Of a stretch of DNA of 64,000 nucleotides, positions 26,765 to 38,800 are shown piece after piece; position 1 is the first letter of the stretch, and every line of letters starts with the position of its first letter. The notes below the pieces were generated by a model that was given only the letters and a program-made list of their open reading frames with translations, did no database searches and had not been told where the DNA came from. Source of the stretch: the human T2T-CHM13v2.0 reference genome, Homo sapiens. Location: the NCBI RefSeq assembly GCF_009914755.1, contig NC_060933.1. One strand, written 5' to 3'. The position numbers and the translations under genes were made by a program.

Positions 26765-27000
26765 TGAACCCAGAGAGCGGAGAGGACCCGTGGCTGGGCT
26801 GCTGTGTGTTGGGGGCTTTTGAGGCCAGCCTGGTGGCCAGCTCCTTGGCACTGCCAGTTGCAGGGGCTAACCACCTTGTGAGGGACAGCCCGCTTCCCCC
26901 GGGGTCTCTTGGCTCTTCCTCTCTGCCGAGTTGTGACAAGGTATGGGCGTGGTGAAGCGAGAGCTCCCCTCTCTGCCAGTGTCCATGTGGCCACTCTGTG

Positions 27001-27424
27001 ACAGCAGGAATCCATACCCCACCCAGCCAGCTCACAGCAGGAATCCATACCCCCCCACCCCAGCCAGCTCACAGCAGGAATCCATACCGCCCCCTCCAGC
27101 CAGCTCACAGCAGGAATCCATACTCCCCCACCCCAGCCAGCTCACAGCAGGAATCCATAACCCCCCACCCCAGCCAGCTCACAGCAGGAATCCATACCCC
27201 CCCAACCCAGCCAGCTCACAGCAGGAATCTATACCCCCCACCCAGCCAGCTCACAGCAGGAATCCATACCCCCCACCCAGCCAGCTCACAGCAGGAATCC
27301 ATACCCCCCCCAGCCAGCTCACAGCAGGAATCCATACCCCCCCACCCCAGCCAGCTCACAGAAGGAATCCACACCCCCCCGCAGCCAGCTCACAGCAGGA
27401 ATCCATACCCCCGCCAGCCAGCTC
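27001..27424. repeat. ~35-bp minisatellite, 12 copies (CAGCCAGCTCACAGCAGGAATCCATA plus variable C-run)
   Basis: Directly visible. Confidence 0.95.
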
Positions 27425-29850
27425 AGAACAGCCCTGGGTCCCTGTTGGTGGCACTTCTGTTCCCCTCCTGCCTTTCTGAGTGTAGAACTTCTTAAGAGCT
27501 AAGATCCAGGGGGCCAACCCAGCCGGTGCAGCTCATGGGGAGGAACCCTCCAGGCAGCTCCATGCCCATGGGCTCAGGATAGCAACCCATCATCCCATCC
27601 AGGGATGGACTTCTCTAAAACGGCCCTGGACCCACCCAGAAGATCAGGGACAAGTCTATCAGTACCAGGACAGTCTGGAAGTTTTTGGCCATGCTTAAAT
27701 TAGTTAAGGCTGGGGCCTGGCCACGGGCAAGCTTGCCTTTCGCACAACTGCTGGACTCCCTGCTGAGCATGACCACGGGCCATGGGGCTGAGATGTTCCC
27801 TGATGGAATATGCCTTGGAGAGCCTCGCCCTGGCCAGTCTGATGATCCCATTCACTAGGCTGTTTATTGAGTGCCCGCGAAGGGCTGGCCTGGGCTGGTG
27901 GCTGTATAGACATCTCATTCAAGTTACACGAGGGTGCTGCAGAGGGAGAAACTGAGGCCTGGGGTCTCGCCCGGGGGGGACTCGGGATCAGACAGCGCTG
28001 ACCCCTGGGCCCCTCAAAGTCCAGGATGCCCTCTCCCACCACCTGGCCAGGGTCTACCATGGATACATAGGTATGATTAACCTGGAACACACCACATTAT
28101 TTTCTCAAACACTAAATATCCCCAATCACAACAGCAGAACTTCAAACAGCAACTGTGCCACAGAAGCAAATGAAGTCAGCTGACCCCTGGGGTGTGGAAA
28201 TCAGACGGAGTCCAGTCCCTCCCTTGGCTGCTGGCAGGGCAGGTGGAACCTGGGGGATGCTGGCTTCCTTTCCTGAGCGTGTACAGCCCTCAGCTGTTCC
28301 TACAGCCCTGAGCTTCAGCATCGCAGGGCAGAGACATGGGGCTGGGGCCCTGGGGTTACTTCCAGGGTTGGGTGGTCTGTGACTCTGTGGAATCTAGTGG
28401 GTGCCTCAGGGCGGGGGCCTAGTGGACAGGCTCCGGGGCCCCCAAGTGGCTTCCAGCAGGGCATGGCACCCCTATCTCACACCCCCTTTCCATGTTCAGG
28501 GGATTTTGGGAAAGGGCCTGGTAATTAAACCCTTTTAAAGCCCACTGGTCCTGGGCAGTTGTCCAGGGCGTGGGACCCAAGGCCTCCTGGTCCTATCTCC
28601 CTTTGCCTTTCCTAGGTCTCTGTCACTCCCGGGCAGGAGGAGACAGTGATGACGGGAAGGAGGTGAGGACAGGGTGAGGTCAGCCAGCCCACTCTGATAG
28701 CGCCTACTGCATGCAGGGGTCCGGCAGGCTTCGCAGGGGAGGCAGGGGAGCCTGAGACCCAGGGGTCTGCTGCCCATGGGAGGCCCCAGCAGGGTGACAG
28801 CAAGGCCCTGGAGTCTTGGGTAGGAGGCGGAGGGCCTGGTGAGAGCCCCACACATAGGTGCTCCAGTGGCCAGCCCTGCAAATGAAACAGGAGGCTGGGA
28901 ACAGGGCGGGCAGGGGCCCGGGAGGATGGGGCCAGGCCTGCAGCTTAAAAAGCAGGCATGGATGCGTCTTTTGGCTCCTCAGAGATGCTCTTTCGGTCCA
29001 GCCAACGACCTGCCTACGACGGTTGTGCCTCTGCCCCGAGGAGTGGTGCCGGGGCCAGGCTGCAGACCCCTGGAGCTGGAGGGCTGCAGGCGGCTGGCCC
29101 GGCCTCCTCCTGGGTGATCTCATTTCCAGGGCAGCCCCTCCCCTCCCTGCGTCTCAGCTCAAGCGGCTCCTTCCTTGGGGACCCTCGTTAGTGGGAGAAA
29201 CAAAGGCCAGTTGTCACCAGGAGCTGGCGATTCATCAGCCTCCGGCCTGGGCTCCCCCTCAGGGAGTGTGGTGGCTGTCTGCTGGGGGCTCGGAGCTGGG
29301 GGCTGGCAGGGCAGGATCTGGTGGGGCAGTGATATGGGTGGGGTGAAAAGCGTCCCCCCATTCTAATCTTCGGGGGAAAGAAAAAATGTTTTAAAAGTGC
29401 TGCCCCCCCACCCTCCGTCCAGCAGATATTTTTCTGGGTTGTCTTTGGTGCTTCCCACAGCAAACCCTACCAGGCTCCCTCATGGGTAGATGCCCCTGAG
29501 CCTTCAAGGGGCCTTCGTCCCCGGGGCCGCGGATTCATTTACTGATAGGTAAACCGAGGCCCTGGGAGGGAAGATAATTTTTTCTAAGTATAGAAGGACT
29601 GAGATGTAAACAAGTATCCTGGTTGCCCACTAGGGCTTGGAGAGAAGCCGCTGACCCGGTGGCCTAGCTGGGCCCCTTGAAAATAGCGTCTGTGAGCATT
29701 CTGATCCCACAGCTGTGCCCAGTGGGGAAGGCGGAGACTGGAGCTCCCAGTTCCTGCCCTCAGCAAGCTCCGACCGTGGGAAGACACGGCCAGCCCAGGG
29801 CTAGAGGCACATGCAGGTTGCTGCAGGGTGCAGAGAAGCCAGCCCAGGCA

Positions 29851-29894
29851 GTGTGTGCATGCGTGCATGTGTGCGTGTGCGTGTGTGTGTGTGT
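29851..29894. repeat. Alternating purine-pyrimidine (TG/CG/CA) microsatellite
   Basis: GTGTGTGCATGCGTGCATGTGTGCGTGTGCGTGTGTGTGTGTGT. Confidence 0.85.
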
Positions 29895-32800
29895 TGGGGA
29901 CTGGGGTGGAGATGGGTGAGCTGCTGAGGGCCACATTGGAGCTTAGGCAGCAAGGAATGCGGAGTGGCCAGGTGTGGATGGCCTGCAACAGCAGTCTCTC
30001 CTGTGCTAGCCTGGGGGGCTCTTGTGGGAAGAGCTCGGAGCGGGCAGGAGGGAGATGATGAAGGGAAGGGAGGGAGGGAGGGCCTGGTGAGTTTTGCTCA
30101 GGAGTTTGGACTTTATCCCAAGGGCAGTGGGCAGCATGAAAGAGTTTTTAAGCTGAGAGTGTCAGGGTTGGGGGCAGGGGGTGCTGCCTGCTTAGGCCAG
30201 GCGAGGTTGGGAACAGGCTGACGGAGAGGGGGTGGGGCCAGGGCCTTTGGGGACCTAGCCACACGTGGCTGTCCTGAGGCCTCCTCGGGGAGGATGACAG
30301 CCTCATCGGACCCTGAGCTGCAGCCTGGAGCCACGCCAGGCCCTCCACAAGCCAATGAGCGGAACAATGTGTGCCGGGCTGCGTCTGCACCCCCACTTGC
30401 TGGCAGTGTGGGGGTGGAGGGAGCCGCATTTTAAAGTACAGTTTATTTTGATGCAAGCACCGAGGGGCGTTAGGCAAACTCCTGGGCTCAGTTCCCCATC
30501 CTTCAATGCAAAACGACTCTTCTTTACGGCCCGTCAATAACCGCTGCCATCTCCTCGCCGCCGCAGAGGCCACATAGATCATATTTAAACCACACTGGTG
30601 GATGACAGAGACGTACGGATATTTTTAATCCCAACAGACTATTACGGTTCATATCATGTCTGTCAAATAAATATTATGAATCATTTCCCGTTATCTTTAT
30701 GGGGGCCGCTTGACTACATCGGGGGACTGGGCTCGGGGCCTTCCCCTGCACATCCATCCCCCTCGTATGTACACATATGTGTAGGGGGAGATGTATGTAG
30801 AAAGTGTCGATAATAAATGCCCCCGATAAAACACATAATCTCCTTGCCTGATGGGCGTCTGGGGGTGCACGGTGGAGAGGTGTCAGGGAGGGGCGTGCCA
30901 CCTTCAGAGCCAGGGAGGCTGGGCTGGGCCCCAGGCTGGGAGCGTCAGCCTCAGCCTGTCTCCTTAGCTCCTGTGAGACAGGCTGTCATTCTATTTCCCC
31001 GTAGTCATATTCTTGTTTCTGTGATTAGCTGGTTCTTTTCTCTATTTTATAGAAGAGACTGATGTCCAGAGAGTACCCTTGTCCAAGGGCCATGTAAGAG
31101 TTGGTGGCAGAGCCAGGCTATGGCCTCTTCCTCCTGGTACCTTCCCCAGCACCTTGTTTTCCAAGTCTGTTACCTATGTCCCTTCTCTCTGGACTTTGGT
31201 CTCACCTGGCACCGGCTGCTTTGGCTGGCCGACCTGTGCCATGAGAAGCGGGGAGGTGGTGTGGCTCATTGGAGGCTGGGGGCGGAGGTCGGTGGTTGTC
31301 TGGGGTCTTTCCTGGGGGTTCTGACCACTGACCTCAGCCCTGGGTCTGGGGACTGTGGTGCCAGAGTCACCACACGGTTTGGAGTCAGTCACTGCTGCTC
31401 TTCGCCTCAGTGTTTCCATCTGGGAAACGGGGAAACCAGAGTCTTGGTCAGCCGGGGTGGGGTTAGAGGGGATGGTACCTGGCAGTGTGCAGCAGACTGG
31501 CACCTCGGAGGCAGCTTGGAAAGCTCAGGTTCCTCCTCTCCGGACTCTCAGAACTGTTCCTGCCCTTCTTTGAGCATCTGTGACCCCTTGCGGCTGGCGC
31601 TGGGATTCGGTGGGGCTCTTTGGTGGCCCCTGGAGGGAACCCACTGTCTCTTGCCTGGAGCTGCACTGAAATCCTGGCTCTTCATTACAAACCAGCTCCT
31701 GTCCCCTTAAGCCTCACTCACCTGAACTCTTTGGCTCACGCCACCATTCAGCTCCCCAGAGTTCTGGAAGTAAGACCCCAGCTGATGACGGAGGCAGCGG
31801 CTGGCCTTCGGAGGACCTCACCTTTCTCTTCCCCTGCACTGCTTTGGGTTTGGGGTGTGCAGGGCCAGCCAGCTGACTGCTACCAGGGCAGACGCTGTCA
31901 GTGGTGACTGCCCTGCAGGCCTGCAAACATTTTGCCAGAGGGCCAGACCCAGGAGCAGAGGGGTCCTCTTCTCTTCCTCCTCCTCCCCTCCTGTCCTCTC
32001 CTCTCCCCTCCCTCCTATCCTTTCTCTTCCTCTCCACTCAGCAGAACAGACTGGAGCCCAGGTGTGGACAAGTGGCTTGAGTGTTTCCCTCTAGACTGAT
32101 GGAGAGACAAGCTATGACTGAGAAAGGGGGTTCGGGCTGGGACCCCTGGGCCTAGTCCCAGTTCCATGTGGACCTGCCGGGTGGCCCCTTGCCTCTCTGA
32201 GCTTTCGGCTCTACTTCCCAGCTCGAGTCATCATCGGTCACCACAGACAAAAGGTGTTGTCCCCAAAGGAGCCACAACGGATGTGAGAGAGAGTCCCCTT
32301 AGGCTGAGGTGCTTGGGGACAGATCGGGCCACCTTGCCCAGCAGTACCCAAGCCCTTGGCCTCCCTTGTTGGAGGCTGAGCTCCCCAAACCCCTGTGAGG
32401 TCCTGCTAGTGACCAGCTCAGGACCACAGGGAACCTCTGGAAGCAGCTTAGAGCCCCGTTGGTGTCCTGGGAACTTCTGGGAGCAGTCCACCCAGACGCC
32501 AGCTTCCTCATGCTCAGCCAGCACAGAGACCAGCCTTTAAAAATATTATTCAACAAGCAATTCCCGGGACTGTTTACAAGACTGAGCCGAGACAGGCATA
32601 TGAAATAGGCCAAAGTACCTTAAAAAGCGTCCCTCAGGGAAATTAAAAAAAAAAAGACCCAAACAAAAAAACAAAAAAACAAAACCTTCTTAGATCGCAG
32701 GTTGTGAATAAATGGATACTACTATAAAAATAGTTTTGGCTGTAGCAGCACATGGTGGGAAGGCTGGGGTGTTTTTTTCCATGGCTGGCTCAGACCTGGC

Positions 32801-35619
32801 CATTTCATATGGGGCAGCCACTATCCCGGGAGGTTTCGTGTAGAATCATTTGCACCAAAAAGCTCCAAACTGAGGGGGAGGATAAAAAGTAGTGGCCACA
32901 GAAATAACAAGCGGCATCGTCATTTTCCATCAAGGACCTGGTGTGTTTTCGGCGGCCGAGCACCCAGGCCCCTGCCCCATGGAAGAGAAGGGCGGGGCTG
33001 AGAGCCATTCACCGTCTGTGGGCACAGAGGCTGGATGTGAGCCCAGATCTGCAGGACTCCGGACTCCGTGCGCTCTCCACGTGGTCTCTAGAGCAGGGGA
33101 TGACGCCTTCCGGTGTTTCTTAGGAACAGAGGGCCCTTCTGGAACCTTCAGCCTTCCCAGGAGGAACCCACATGGAAATCTGTCTGCATGTGCCTCCCCG
33201 ACTCCAGGCACCAACAGCTCCTGAGTCTTGAGTTTTCAGGGACAAGGAGTGAGATGGGGGTGGGGTGGAGAGTCCAGCATGCCACACCGCCCACTATTGG
33301 GAGGTGACCTCAGACACTTCAGCCCAGCCTTCCCACCATTGCCTGGCGTGTCCTGACCTGCCGTCCGCGGCCTGCTGCTCCTTCTCTCTGCAGGCCGCTG
33401 CTCAGCCGGCCCTGCTGCCTGGGCGGCCACTGCCTGATGGAACCTCCCTGCTCCAAAACCTGACTCAAGAACCAGTGATCCCAAAAGCTGCCTGAGCCCT
33501 TTGGCTGGATAGAGCCTTGCTCTCCCTGCACTGAGCATAGGCGAACGGCCTGCCTAATTCAGCGTCATTTCATCATCATCATCATCACAATAACTGTCAC
33601 ACCGAGCTCGTCCTCCCGAGCGCAGACTCTCCATATTATCTCACTTAGTCATCTCAGTGACTCAGTGAGGAGGGAGTGGTTGTTCCCACTTTACAGATGA
33701 GAAAACTGAGATACAAGGAGGGAAGTGACCCAGCTAGGCCACACGGTTGGTAGGAGGTGGACCTGCAATCTGGCCCAGGCCTTGTCTATCTGGGACTCCC
33801 CCCCAACCCCCCAACCTGAGTACAGTCAGGAGGGGCCCAAGCAGTCACAGAGACAGGCCTGGAACGCGGCGGGCACATGGCACTTTTGCAGTGTATGTTG
33901 GTGCTTACGGGGGCTCTTTCTCAGTCCTATCCTTTGTTTGCCGCCCCCCTCCCTGGCAGGAGGAACTCAGTTTTAGAAGGGCAGTGGGTTGGGCCGGCAT
34001 GCCATGTGCAGTGGGGAAGTGGGTCTGTTGTGGCTGTAACCACAGTGGGTGAGGACCAGGTGTCAACAGTGGCCCTCATCCCGGAGGGAGTGGGGCAGGC
34101 TGCCTGTTGGACAGGGTGTGTGAATAGGGGGACGGGGTGGCCTTTGGTAGGGGCCCAGGGGTCAGTGAAGAGGGGGAGGGGGAGAGGGCTGCCTTGGGCT
34201 CTGGCTGTGCTGGGGGTGGGCTGCCCAACCAGGGCACTTCTGTCCCAAGTGGAACCAAGACCTCCCACCGGAACAGGCCACCGGAGCCCTCGTGGAACCC
34301 AGCTCCGGGTGGCCCGACTTGAGGGGCACCCAGGCAGCAGGACACCTCTCTGGTCTCGGGCTGTTATCTTTGGGCCGTGTCATGGCTGTCCACACGCGGT
34401 CATCACCTCCTCACCTCCCTCCCCATTAGCGTCCCCTGACCCGGGCCACCACGCGCAGCCTGCGTGAATGGTCAGTCCCTGTGCCTCGCAGCCCGGGCCC
34501 TTAGGTCTAGGTGGTCAGCAAGCTCGCGGTGGGGGTGCGGAGGGAGGGCGCGGCGGGGCGCCTCGGCGCCTGCTCAGGAAGGCTGGGCTTGGCGGCGCGC
34601 AGGTAGCTCACACCCAAATCCGAATTCCAGCCGCCCGAGACGGCGGGCGGCGGGCGGCGCGCGGCGGAGGCGGCCCGAGCTGTCCCGGGGCAGGAGTGCT
34701 TCCTTTCGTTTTCAAACAAATCGTGAATTTAAAAGTCAGGCAGAGAACTACCCAGGGTATAAAAATAGCCACCGGCCACAAAGTCTGTGTCCAACTCCGG
34801 GCAGCGCCTGCCCAGCCTGGTGCCTTTGAAGAGGGGTCCCAGGAGTGCGGGTCGATGAGGAGGCGAAGCGCGCACCCCTCCTCGTTCCCGGTGGGCTCGT
34901 GGGTCTCTCCGTGGGGGTAGGGCGTGAAAGTGTGGGGTGGACCGGGGGTAGCGTCCGGAAGACGAAACCTTCCCCGGACGAGGAGCTTGTCCTCTGCCGT
35001 TGGGGCACATCGCCACTCCCGGGCCTCAGTTTCCCCACGTGTCCGCCGCGGCGGGGTGCGAGGTATGGGTGCCGCGGCCATCCCGCCCGGCTCTGCGCTT
35101 GCCTGGCCCGGGCCGGGGTCCCCTCGCGGCCACCGCCCGGCCGCTTTGTGTGGCCGCGCAGACAATGGCCCGGCCGCTGGGCTCCCGGCCCGGCTCTCCG
35201 CCTCCTCCGGGCCCTTGCGCGCAAGTGTGTGTGTGCGCGAGTGTGTGGCGGGCCCGGGGAGGGAGTTCTGCTCCCGCCCCCGCCCCCGCCCCGCTCCCTC
35301 TGCGCCCCGCCCCCTCCCACGCCGCCTCCTCGCGGCTCCCGGGAACCCCTGGCGGAGGCGAACTCGCAAGTTTGCACGGCGCTCTCAACTCGGCGGCCGG
35401 GCGGGCGGCGATCGCGGGGCGGCGGCGGCGGAGGGGGGCGCGCTCCGGGCGGGGCTGGGCGGGCGGGGCGCGGGCCGAGCGGTGGCGGCGGCGCTGCGCC
35501 GAGTCAGCGCCCGTCGCGGGCCCCCCGCCACCCCCCCGCCGGCGCCGCAGCGCCGCGGTCGGAGCGGGGCGCGGGCGCGCGGCGGCGGGGGCGCGGGCCG
35601 GGCGCGCGCGGCGGCGGCG

Positions 35620-35809
35620 CGCAGACACAAGTAGTTTACATTGTTGGGCGACTTTTGCAACAACTCGCCGCGCCGCGGCCTCCGCGCGCCGCCGCCGCCA
35701 CCGCAGCCGCCGGCTCCCCGCCGCCCGGGCCCGGGCCGGCCGCGCCGGGGGCCGCCGCGCCCGCCGCCCGCTGCCTGCGCCGCCGGCCGGGCATGAGTTA
35801 GTCGCAGAC
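35620..35809 (+). other. RXRA: RXRA exon 1 5' UTR (GC-rich; TSS approximate)
   Basis: GC-rich leader upstream of the ATG, beginning near the AT-richer island at 35621-35665. The exact TSS cannot be determined from sequence. Confidence 0.7.
35793..35801 (+). promoter_or_regulatory. Minimal uORF ATG-AGT-TAG (Met-Ser-stop)
   Basis: Directly visible. Out of frame with the main ATG and ends 8 nt upstream of it. Confidence 0.75.
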
Positions 35810-35837
35810 ATGGACACCAAACATTTCCTGCCGCTCG
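35810..35837 (+). CDS. RXRA: RXRA first coding exon (retinoid X receptor alpha N-terminus MDTKHFLPL, phase-1 intron follows)
   Basis: ATG GAC ACC AAA CAT TTC CTG CCG CTC G matches the known RXRA N-terminus MDTKHFLPL(D). Kozak context is strong (gacATGG). It is followed immediately by the canonical donor G|GTGAGT at 35838 and lies inside a CpG island. Confidence 0.96.
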
Positions 35838-38800
35838 GTGAGTGCTCGCCGGGCCGGGCGGGGACGGGGCCGGGGGCCGGGGGCCGGCGGGCGGGAGGGG
35901 GCCGGGGGCGCGTTGGCGGCGCGCGCGGGGGGTCGCCGGCCCGGGCCCCGCTCGGACCCCTCGCCGACCTTCGCGTGAGTTCGGGCGCCGGGCCCGGGGA
36001 GGGTCGACCCGGGGCAACTTTTCGCGGGGCCGGGGCGGGGCTGGGCAGCGGGCGGGCGGCGGGGCCGGGGGGCGGGTGGCAGGTTCGCCCGGGACGAGGA
36101 GGGGTCTCCCGCTCACCGGCGGCCGCCTGCGCCCCGGCGCCCAGCTGCAGCCGCGCCGCACAGGAACCCGGCCGGAGCGGGAGGAGCAACTTCTGCGCTC
36201 CGCGGCTCCGGCCTCCCTGGCCTGGGGACCGGGACGGCGCGCTGGGCCCCGAGCGGCCTCTGCGCCGCCCGCCCGTCGGGCTGCGGCTTCTAGCAGGCCG
36301 CTGGCCCTTGGGTGTGTGTCCGCCCAGGAAACAGACTGGGACCCTGTTATCCCCAAAGCAGCCCACGCCCGGGTGGGCAGGGTCCCCCGGGGCTGTATGA
36401 ACAGAACGTCAGACCTGGGAAGGCCCCATTCCAGAAATGGGGCCCCTCACTCTGGCACCCCCGGGTGTTCTCCCAGGCTGGCTCTCCATTTGTGAGCAGG
36501 ACAGCGCAGAGGCGCGTAGGGTCAGTTTCCCTCCTCCTCCTGCCATCCCGCCCGGTAGCTTCCTATCCCAGACTGCCCGCCAACTCCAGGCCCAGACCTA
36601 CCGAGAAGGGGGAGAGGGCATGGCTGGGGCCCCCACCCATTGCCCTCCCAAGGGTTTGGAAGCTAGTGAGAAGGGGGAGACTTTATAAATTAGCTCCGGG
36701 AAGGATATTAATTTGGTGGTGGGACGGCAGCCAGGCTGTCAGGCCGGGTGAAGGATTTGTGCTGAATGGAAATCGAAACAGCTGATTATGAATGAAGCCC
36801 CCGCCATCCGTAGCCCCTCCTGCCCACCCTCCCTGCAGCCTGGGGTGCAGCTTGGCCACCCCAGGAGGTGCTCAGAAGCCAATGTAGCTGCAGGGATGTT
36901 TAGTGAGATGGGGCATCAAGGGGAGCCAGCATGGACCTAGCCCCTCCTGGATGTGAGGGTGAGAGTCTGAGTACCTCTGCTACTCACAGGCAGGTGTGCT
37001 GCCCCGTGACCGGGGCAGGCGGTGGGTTCCAGGTTTGTCAGACCTAACGCTTACTCCCTGCCTCTGTCATGATGGAGTGGTGGGCTCGAGGCCTTGAATG
37101 AGCTCCAGGGCTCAGCCTCCAGGGGTGGGCGCTCATGCCCATTTTGCAGATGAGAAAACTGGCTGGGAGAGGCTGAGCCCCCAGGATACAAGGTGGTGGA
37201 TTTGGGATTAGCACCCCCAGCTCGTGGTACTGCTGAGTGTGAGGCAGGAGGGAATGCTGCGCTGTCTGTGACCGAGTGCAGTGTGGAGTGGGCTGGGGCT
37301 GCCTTTCCCTGTTAAAGCTTTGCACTCACACATGTGCACACACACATCCACACACACAGAGCTAGGCTCTCCCAGACGATTCCTCTGGAACAAGAATGCT
37401 CAGCTCAGTGTCTGGCCCCTGGACGTGGCAGGGGCCTGGCTGGTTGCACTTCAGCTGAGTACTGAGAACCGAACAGGTCCCTGTTTCTAATGCTCCGGGT
37501 GGGACAGGGATAGTCCACGGAGTTGGTGGATGTAGGGCGAGGGAGCAAGGGGTGCCCAGTCGCCATGGTGGCTTGCTGGAGTCCCTGTGAGGAGGAGAGG
37601 TCGTGCCTCCGAGCCACTGCCCCAGGGATCTCCCTGGGCACTCCCCTGCCACAAGGAAGCTAGGAGTCTTCTGTTCTCGAGCAGCAGCTCTCCCGACCGG
37701 CCCATGGCCTCCCAGGCAGCCCACGCCCCAGGGCTGAGCAGAGAGCCCTGGGCTCTGATTACATTTTATTTTTTTTCTAAGCTTGTGACCAGCTCTGAAG
37801 TCCAGAGCAGTCGAAGGTCCATTTAAGCGGCTACTTTTCTAAGCCCTTTTGTCAACACAGCCTAATCCCTCCTCGGGGTGAGTGGTGGTGGAGGGCCTGG
37901 CTTGTCTTGGCCCGGCTGGCCGACCGGTCAGACCTGGAGCTGCTGGGGAGACTCGGCCACCCCTTACAGCTGCCCAGCCGCTTTTGGGGTCTGGGGTAGA
38001 GAGGGCTTCCTCCTCCCAGCATTCACTACCGCTGGGCTTGGTGGGCAGGGAGAGGATCCCAGTCGGTGTCCACCGAGCCGCTCAGTGAGGGCAGGGATGA
38101 GTGCAGCGTCCAGATCTGGAAGGAAAGCAAGGCCGAGGGACTCGCCAGAGGCAGCCCCAGCTTCCTGGCCCTGCTGCCCGGGGCTGGCCGCGCTCCCACG
38201 CCTGCCGGGGAGAAGGCCCCCGCTGGCCTTATCCTGAATGGTGGGACTCAGGCGGAGTCCACAGAGTCCAAAGGTCTCAGACCACACCAGACCCCATGCG
38301 CCTGTGGAGAGACCCGGTGGCAAAGCTGTAGGCCCGCTGACCACTCTTGGAGTTGGGGCACTTGGGGGCCTGGGTGAGCTTGCAGCCTGTGTGAGGGGCT
38401 TCTGGTAACATCAGAGCCCTTGGGACCCAAAATAGAGCACATTCCGGGGCCTCCCGAAATAACAGGGTCATGTGACTCTCAGGAGGCTGGGCTTGGAGTC
38501 CCGCTCGGGCCTGACGAGGGCGTCTTTTAGCGCGGGCGCTGCCCGACGGCAGGGTGTTTGTTTTGGTAAACTCTGGAGGGGCCCTGTTTGTTGACTGGGG
38601 AGGTGTCAGGGAGAGAAAAATGGCCCAGTCCGATGGTGGCCCTGGCTTGCTAGCCTCCAACCTTGCCTAGGGCTGGCTGCTGGGCCTGGACCCGAGCATG
38701 CAGCTGTGACCCTCTGCCCAGATGTGGATGGGACGAGCTGGGCCCCTAGGAAGGGCTGGTGGGGGGCGGGTGCTCTGAGTCCCTTGGGGTGTGGGGTGCA

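Larger units (their letters stand above)
34440..36330. promoter_or_regulatory. CpG island / RXRA promoter with GC boxes
   Basis: Very high GC and CpG density. Tandem Sp/KLF GC boxes, e.g. CCCGCCCCCGCCCCCGCCCC at ~35273-35292. Spans exon 1. Confidence 0.93.

Noticed and set aside
27001-27424. CRISPR-like repeat/spacer appearance
   Set aside because: Spacers are short poly-C slippage variants rather than unique sequences, there are no cas genes, and the DNA is eukaryotic.
35000-36400. 466-aa ORF and overlapping 200-446 aa ORFs across the CpG island
   Set aside because: Stop-codon scarcity in very GC-rich DNA explains them, and their composition is low-complexity R/A/G/P. Only the MDTKHFLPL segment before the splice donor is real.
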